This document shows, piece by piece, positions 58,502-64,000 of a stretch of 64,000 bases of DNA. Position numbers and translations under genes: made by a program. The notes under the pieces are model-generated. The model was not told the DNA's origin, made no database searches, and was given only the letters and a program-made list of their open reading frames with translations. The stretch comes from Ignavibacteriota bacterium (lineage in GTDB: Bacteria; Bacteroidota; Ignavibacteria; UBA10030; UBA6906): contig CAWDEM010000008.1 of the NCBI GenBank assembly GCA_963801355.1, positions 32,001 to 96,000 of the forward strand, given 5' to 3'. Each line of letters starts with the position of its first letter. The stretch's first letter is position 1.

Positions 58502-60700
58502 ATGAAATACTTGATTGGTCTGTTCCCCGTGCTCCTTCTGCTTCTCTCGCCGGTCGACAGCTCCGCGCAATACCACTTCAACCAGGCAGGTGCATTCTCC
58601 GGCAGCAGCTATATCGCTGTCAAACACTCCCCCTCGCTCGCACCGACCTCGGGGATCACCATTGAGGCCTGGATTTTCCCGATGGCCGTTCCGAGTGACG
58701 CGATCATTGTGGAGAAGAATTACCGCACCAGCTACTCCCTCCACTTGCGCCGCAGGATCACGATGGCTGTCCTTGAGATGGGACTGGACAGTACACGATA
58801 CATCACGGGGGGGATCAGGATCGCCCCAAACGCCTGGACCCACATTGCTGCCACATATGACAGCGCCTCAAGGTTTGCGAGGTTGTACGTCAATGGCGTC
58901 ATGGACACGATGAGGGAGATGTCTGGTAACGGGATCTCAGCCAACACCGACTCGCTGTACATCGGCGCGGGGATCGGGGGTGGCAGCATCGGAAACTATT
59001 TTACCGGATATATCGATGAACTCCGTATCTGGAATGTTACACGGTCGGGCGGCGAGATCAACGAAACCAATCACATGCCTCTCGCTATCTGGCACCCCCT
59101 CTCGGGGCCATACGCTGGATTAGTGTCTGCCTACCGGATGAACGGAAACGCACTCGATGAAGCCGGCCAGACATACGAGGACGGCACGGAAAGGAATATG
59201 TCGTATCTGGACCTCAGCCAGAAGGCGCTGAATCATCTCGACTACAACAACAACCTGGTACTGGACGGGACGGGGTACTGCATCGCGCCACGATCCGGGT
59301 CAACGGACGCCACCACGGCGATTACCGTGGAGGCGTGGGTGAAACGTGATACAACTCGCGGAGCGGATTTCCAGGCGATTGCAGGGAAGACGAGCGGCAG
59401 CGCGATCGACTACTTGCTCTACATCCACAAGCCGTCACACCGTGTGTTTTTCAATATCAATACCAACGCTCTCTCCCTGGCTTCACCCGCCGGCGGGTTC
59501 CGCCACACGCGGTGGACCCATGTCGCGGCTACGTACAACAGCGTGACGGGGGCCATGATTCTGTATATCAATGGGGATTCAGTCGGCGCGAAGAGCACAG
59601 CCCCGGGGTCGACAATCACGACCACCGCCGACAGCATTGCAATCGGGAACGCCACCGGCAGCAGGTCGGACTTCTGGTTTGCGGGACAGATCGATGAGGT
59701 ACGGGTATGGACGAACAAGGTCAGGACAGAGGAGGAGATCCGGCTGTCGATGTTCAGAGGGGTTACATGGAACAGCACTCCCAAACCCACAGGCGCGACA
59801 GTCTGGAATTTCGACGGCCAGAATTTCGACGCCGTTCGAAACCCGGGAAGTGTCCCCTCGCAGGAGATGCATTTTCGGGGCGGGGCGCACATGACGTCGG
59901 TTCACCGGTACTTCGACAACGAACCGGTGTCACCTCTCCTACGGGATGATGCGGGTGGGTTCTATGGTGTCTCCTATGTCGTCAGCCGCCGGCAATGGGT
60001 AATCCCTGATGCTTCCGGCGGTCTCCTCCTTGATTCTGTCTTTGTCCCGGCTGCGGGCGGCCTCTCCGGAGTGCGGGCATTCGTCCTGGTCAACCATGAA
60101 ATCAGTTCTGATCTGAGGATAACACTGGTGCATCCCGGCGGCACAACCGTTCCGCTCTTCACTCGCCGCGGCTCCGACGAGAATGACATCATGTGCGTGT
60201 TCTCTGACGATGCCGACTCAGTGGCCGGCACTACGGACCACACCATCGGGCTGCATGCTCCGTTCAGCCCACTCGTGAAGCCTTACGATCCCCTCAGTGC
60301 CTTCGCAGGACTCAATGCGCACGGGTGGTGGAAACTGCAGGTTGAGGATGTCGCCAGCGGAAGAACAGGAGTACTCTACGGGTGGGGAGTCCAAACACCT
60401 CTGGGTACAAGGGTTTCTGATCAAGGTACTCTGCCGAAGATGTTCGCCCTCGACCAGAACTTCCCGAATCCTTTCAACCCGAGCACGACCATCAGGTATG
60501 AGTTACCACGAGCGACGTACGTGACGCTCAGCGTATTTGATATGCTGGGGCGCGAAGTGTCGCTGCTGGTGAATAACGGGATGGACGCGGGCTACCACGA
60601 AGTCCAGTTCGACGCATCTCAACTGTCAACTGGAGTGTATTTCTATCGAGTGCGAGCCGGGAATTTCGTATCCACGAAGAAGATGTTGATTTTGCGATAG
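58502..60700 (+). CDS. Tandem LamG/ConA-like lectin domains, proprotein-convertase P-like domain and T9SS C-terminal domain
   Basis: ITIEAWI...WTHIAATYD...GYIDELRIW occurs twice; SDLRITLVHP.G...GWWKLQVED...G.LYGW; QNFPNPFNP. Confidence 0.88.
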   Translation: MKYLIGLFPVLLLLLSPVDSSAQYHFNQAGAFSGSSYIAVKHSPSLAPTSGITIEAWIFPMAVPSDAIIVEKNYRTSYSLHLRRRITMAVLEMGLDSTRYITGGIRIAPNAWTHIAATYDSASRFARLYVNGVMDTMREMSGNGISANTDSLYIGAGIGGGSIGNYFTGYIDELRIWNVTRSGGEINETNHMPLAIWHPLSGPYAGLVSAYRMNGNALDEAGQTYEDGTERNMSYLDLSQKALNHLDYNNNLVLDGTGYCIAPRSGSTDATTAITVEAWVKRDTTRGADFQAIAGKTSGSAIDYLLYIHKPSHRVFFNINTNALSLASPAGGFRHTRWTHVAATYNSVTGAMILYINGDSVGAKSTAPGSTITTTADSIAIGNATGSRSDFWFAGQIDEVRVWTNKVRTEEEIRLSMFRGVTWNSTPKPTGATVWNFDGQNFDAVRNPGSVPSQEMHFRGGAHMTSVHRYFDNEPVSPLLRDDAGGFYGVSYVVSRRQWVIPDASGGLLLDSVFVPAAGGLSGVRAFVLVNHEISSDLRITLVHPGGTTVPLFTRRGSDENDIMCVFSDDADSVAGTTDHTIGLHAPFSPLVKPYDPLSAFAGLNAHGWWKLQVEDVASGRTGVLYGWGVQTPLGTRVSDQGTLPKMFALDQNFPNPFNPSTTIRYELPRATYVTLSVFDMLGREVSLLVNNGMDAGYHEVQFDASQLSTGVYFYRVRAGNFVSTKKMLILR

Positions 60701-60711
60701 TGCGAACCAGA

Positions 60712-60840
60712 CATTTTGAGACGTCAACCCCGAGCTTCCGCATCTCGCCGTGAATCCTTGGAACTCCCCGTAGAGTGTTTGGATTGGCCCTCTGTTTGAT
60801 TAGATTGATCTGCACGTGGGCGATCGCTGCCCTGCCAAGG
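60712..60840 (-). pseudogene. Integrase-core element coding remnant
   Basis: GRAAIAHVQINLIKQRANPNTLRGVPRIHGEMRKLGVDVS resembles the family motif NP.WGAPRIHGEL.KLG. Confidence 0.7.
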
Positions 60841-60897
60841 GTATCGATTTCAAAGGGAATTCGCTATTTTATTGCGGACGGAAAAGGAGCAAACAAA

Positions 60898-61998
60898 ATG
60901 GATCTATCGGTGGCGCAAGAAAAAGCACATAGGGTTTACGAATACATGAAGAGGGGAACTGCAGGATTGAAACGGGAGACTGCAAATGCGGTTGACCATG
61001 ATCCTGCCAGTTGGGGTATGGATATTGATGATTGGGACTGGAATGCTGGAGTGGGCATGACTGCAATTTCCGACTACTATGAAAAACTGCAAGATCCCGA
61101 AATACTGCACTACATGGTGGATTGGGTGGGCAAGAACAAACACCAGTGTGCAAAAAAGGACCATGTCAACTACTTGACGCCGCTTGCCATCTATCCGGAC
61201 ATGTATTTGAGAACCCAAGAGCCGTATTATCGGGACATCGCGGTCGAGTACGCGGACTGGGTAATGGCAAATGCCGGCAGATCCAAGGATAGTGTTTTCT
61301 TCCACGGCGCATCTGTTTCGGGAGAGGTGTGGGCAGATACCGTGTTTATGGCATTGGTCTTCTTGTCACGCACGGCGAAGCTCACGGCAAATATCACAAT
61401 GGCTGAACAAGTTCTCAAACAGCTGCTTTCACATCTGCAACTTCTGCAGGATGAGAAAACAGGGATCCTCTATCATGGATATCATTGTGTGGGAAATCAT
61501 CATATGTCGGGCGCCCTCTGGACCAGAGGCAATTCATGGGTGGTGATTGGATCTCCAATCATCATCGAGACTCTACGTGACCTGGTGGAAGTACCGAAAG
61601 ACATCAATTTCCGATACAAGAAGCTGGTGGATGGTATCCTGCAGTACCAGGCAGAAAATGGTCTCTGGCACACCGTCATGGACAGACCTGATTTCTATCA
61701 AGAGACATCAGGCAGTGCAGGCAATGCAGCGGGTATTATGAAAGCGGTTCGTCTCCATTTGCTGGAGCCCGACAAAATGGCGAGTGCCCTCAAAGCGATG
61801 GAGGGAGTGATCACACAAATCAATCCAGAAGGCGCAGTCGAGGGCGTATCGGGAGGTACGCCAATCATGCCGACGATTGACGCATATGGCAAACTAACCC
61901 GCTATCCGACGCTGTACGGCCAGGGTTTGACACTTCTGATGCTTAGTGAATACCTCTTTCAAGAGAAGGCGCGCGCAGAACCGAATCAGCCGGCATAA
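60898..61998 (+). CDS. GH105/GH88 unsaturated glycuronyl hydrolase
   Basis: WDWNAGVG, VWADTVFM, WTRGNSW, ETSGSAG, YGQGL. AGGAG precedes ATG 60898; no signal peptide. Confidence 0.9.
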   Translation: MDLSVAQEKAHRVYEYMKRGTAGLKRETANAVDHDPASWGMDIDDWDWNAGVGMTAISDYYEKLQDPEILHYMVDWVGKNKHQCAKKDHVNYLTPLAIYPDMYLRTQEPYYRDIAVEYADWVMANAGRSKDSVFFHGASVSGEVWADTVFMALVFLSRTAKLTANITMAEQVLKQLLSHLQLLQDEKTGILYHGYHCVGNHHMSGALWTRGNSWVVIGSPIIIETLRDLVEVPKDINFRYKKLVDGILQYQAENGLWHTVMDRPDFYQETSGSAGNAAGIMKAVRLHLLEPDKMASALKAMEGVITQINPEGAVEGVSGGTPIMPTIDAYGKLTRYPTLYGQGLTLLMLSEYLFQEKARAEPNQPA

Positions 61999-62101
61999 AG
62001 CTGAACACAATGTCAGTCATCGTTCCGAACACAACTGCGATGACACGGTCCGGAATGATTGACGCCCTCCCACTCACACATAAGACGATTGAGGCGGCAC
62101 C

Positions 62102-62959
62102 TTGAGCTCCTCTCAACCCGTTCGCATCGGCGTTCGTGCTCACGATTTCGGCTGCCTGTCAGCCGGTGAACTCGCTGCGAAGATCGCGGCAAAACATCTG
62201 GTCTGCACGCAGCTCGCACCCGGCAAGGCCATCGCCGGACTCACTATGAAACCCGGCGCTTTGAATCCCGGTCTCGCGTTTGAAATCGGAAGGGCGTTTC
62301 ACACGCATGGTGTCCAAATCGCGGTGCTCGGCTGCTACGTGAATCCGATTCACCCCGATCCTACGGCGCGAAAATCGCTGCTCGGACTCTTTAAGGAACA
62401 CCTGCGCTACGCCCGCGATTTCGGCAATGGCCTCGTCGCGCTTGAAACCGGCTCGGTCAATGCGGACTATTCGCCTCATCCCGATAACCACGGTGAGACC
62501 GCTTTTCAACAATCGCTCGCGAGCATCGCAGAGCTTGTCGCGGAGGCTGAAAACTTCGGCGTCATCGTCGGCATCGAGGCCGTCGCATCGCACGTCGTTT
62601 CAACGCCGCAAAAGATGAGGCGGATGCTGGATACCGTTGCATCGAACAATCTCCAAGTTGTCTTCGATCCGGTGAATTTGCTTTCGCTCGAAAACCATCT
62701 CGAGCAGGAGCGTATCATCGGCGAATCGCTCGAACTATTCGGCGACCGGATTGCGATCATTCATGCGAAGGATTTCGTTGTCGAGAACGGCCGGTTCAAG
62801 TGTGCAAGCGCGGGTCTCGGGGCGCTGCGGCACGATCTGGTGATAAAATTTGCCATTGAAGAAAAACCAGGCATCAGCATTCTGTTGGAAGATACAAATG
62901 AGCAGACGGCTCAGGATAGCCGGCAATTCTTGCTCCAGGTTGCAAAACGATGCGGATAA
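62102..62959 (+). CDS. Sugar phosphate isomerase/epimerase (xylose isomerase-like TIM barrel)
   Basis: IGVRAHDFG, GCYVNPIHPD, GIEAV, VFDPVNLL, HAKDF; TTG start. Confidence 0.87.
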   Translation: MSSSQPVRIGVRAHDFGCLSAGELAAKIAAKHLVCTQLAPGKAIAGLTMKPGALNPGLAFEIGRAFHTHGVQIAVLGCYVNPIHPDPTARKSLLGLFKEHLRYARDFGNGLVALETGSVNADYSPHPDNHGETAFQQSLASIAELVAEAENFGVIVGIEAVASHVVSTPQKMRRMLDTVASNNLQVVFDPVNLLSLENHLEQERIIGESLELFGDRIAIIHAKDFVVENGRFKCASAGLGALRHDLVIKFAIEEKPGISILLEDTNEQTAQDSRQFLLQVAKRCG

Positions 62960-63023
62960 GTTCTCAATTTGTGCAACTCCAACATCAGCGGGATTCTCTC
63001 TGATTTAGCCGGAGGCATTTCAA

Positions 63024-64000
63024 ATGAAACGACACATCGTTTCCTTTTCGTTGGTGGCGATGTTCCTTGCCGCGCCTCTCCTTCAGGCACAGAACGATTC
63101 GGCCTTCCAGGCATGGCAACAGGCCGAGCAGAAGAAATTACAGGCATTCCGTGATGCCAATGACCGCGCCTTCTACGATTTCCTCACAAAGGAGTGGCGC
63201 GGAGTTGAGCTGGCGAAGGGAATGGTGAAGGATCCGATTCCCGACCTACCCAAGCTCCCGGTGTATGAGCCGCCGGCGGCCAAACTGCCCGCTCCAGAAG
63301 CGCCGCCTGTCGTCCTCCCGCCGCCTCCCCAAAGAGAATCTATTGCGGTTCCGCCAACTCTGCCTGCTCCCGCGGGGGGGGGGTGAAGTGAAGTTCTTCG
63401 GAACACCACTCTCCCTCCCGATACAAGAAGCGCTGAGGCTACGCGTGAGCGACTCTCCAAGCAAGGAGTCAATAGCGGATTTCTTTGCGGCGATGAGCGG
63501 CTTGCCAACCGATGAGTTGTTGTCGGAGTCGAAAAAGGTTGCTGAGGTACGGCACTTAAACGATTGGGGGTATTGTCTCTTGTTGCACGCTGCGGGAGAA
63601 CGAATTTACGGTCCTTCGGGCGACGGGGCAACCCTCTTCACGTGGTATCTTCTGCTGAAGTCCGGTTTCGATGCGCGCGTTGGTTTTACACCTTCCCGTG
63701 TGATGCTTCTCTTGCCCGTCGAAGAGCAGCTCTATGGCGTGATGTATCTGTCGTTCGGAGCTGACCAGCGTCGCTATTACACCGTTCCCCTCAATGCGCG
63801 CTCCAGGCCTGAGGAATCACAGATCTACTCGTATGAAGGAACACATCCTTCTGCCACCCGATCCCTTCGCTTTGCCGTCTCGCGGGTCCCGGTCCTCAAT
63901 CTGCCCGTCGCGGAGAAGACTCTTGCGTTCACGTTCGGGGGCATCGAGCACCGCGTCCCAGTAAAGTACAGCCGTGACGCCGTCACGTTTTTCGAGCATT
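63024..64000 (+). pseudogene. Secreted hypothetical protein frameshifted at a G10 tract, 3'-partial
   Basis: Signal peptide and Pro-rich linker. Removing one G from 63374-63383 continues into GEVKFFGT...LNDWGY...FTWYLLLKSGFDARVG, open to the window end. Confidence 0.8.

Overview
Mosaic accessory region, most likely from an FCB-group (Ignavibacteria/Bacteroidota-like) bacterium. This is inferred from nine genes ending in a T9SS/Por-type C-terminal sorting domain (QNYPNPFNPSTTI...YFYRL). Contents in order: a partial CoA-activase/DUF2229 gene; a HigBA-like toxin-antitoxin pair with a frameshifted toxin; a tRNA-Pro 3' fragment (att-like); a PA14 glycoside hydrolase; a hybrid two-component system followed by a Kelch-T9SS gene; an S41 peptidase split by an intact DDE IS with a CTAG duplication; OmpA, M6 protease and Tat-DUF362-T9SS genes; SDR, aqpZ, GNAT, SRPBCC and GH127-like genes; a second beta-propeller sensor kinase/LuxR pair followed by a lipoprotein and a double-Kelch T9SS gene; three more T9SS cargo genes; a rearranged kdp operon (C-peptide-F-A-B-peptide-D-E); LamG-T9SS, GH105 and sugar isomerase genes; and a gene frameshifted at a G10 tract. 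The most notable unexplained signal is an ~88-nt, ~83% identical, apparently base-paired leader just downstream of a TATATT box in front of both sensor kinase genes. Each sensor locus is followed by a secreted Kelch protein. Two families of dispersed non-coding repeats (att-arm-like and transposon-end-like) mark many gene-block junctions. All calls come from reading motifs by eye; no database searches or folding programs were run.
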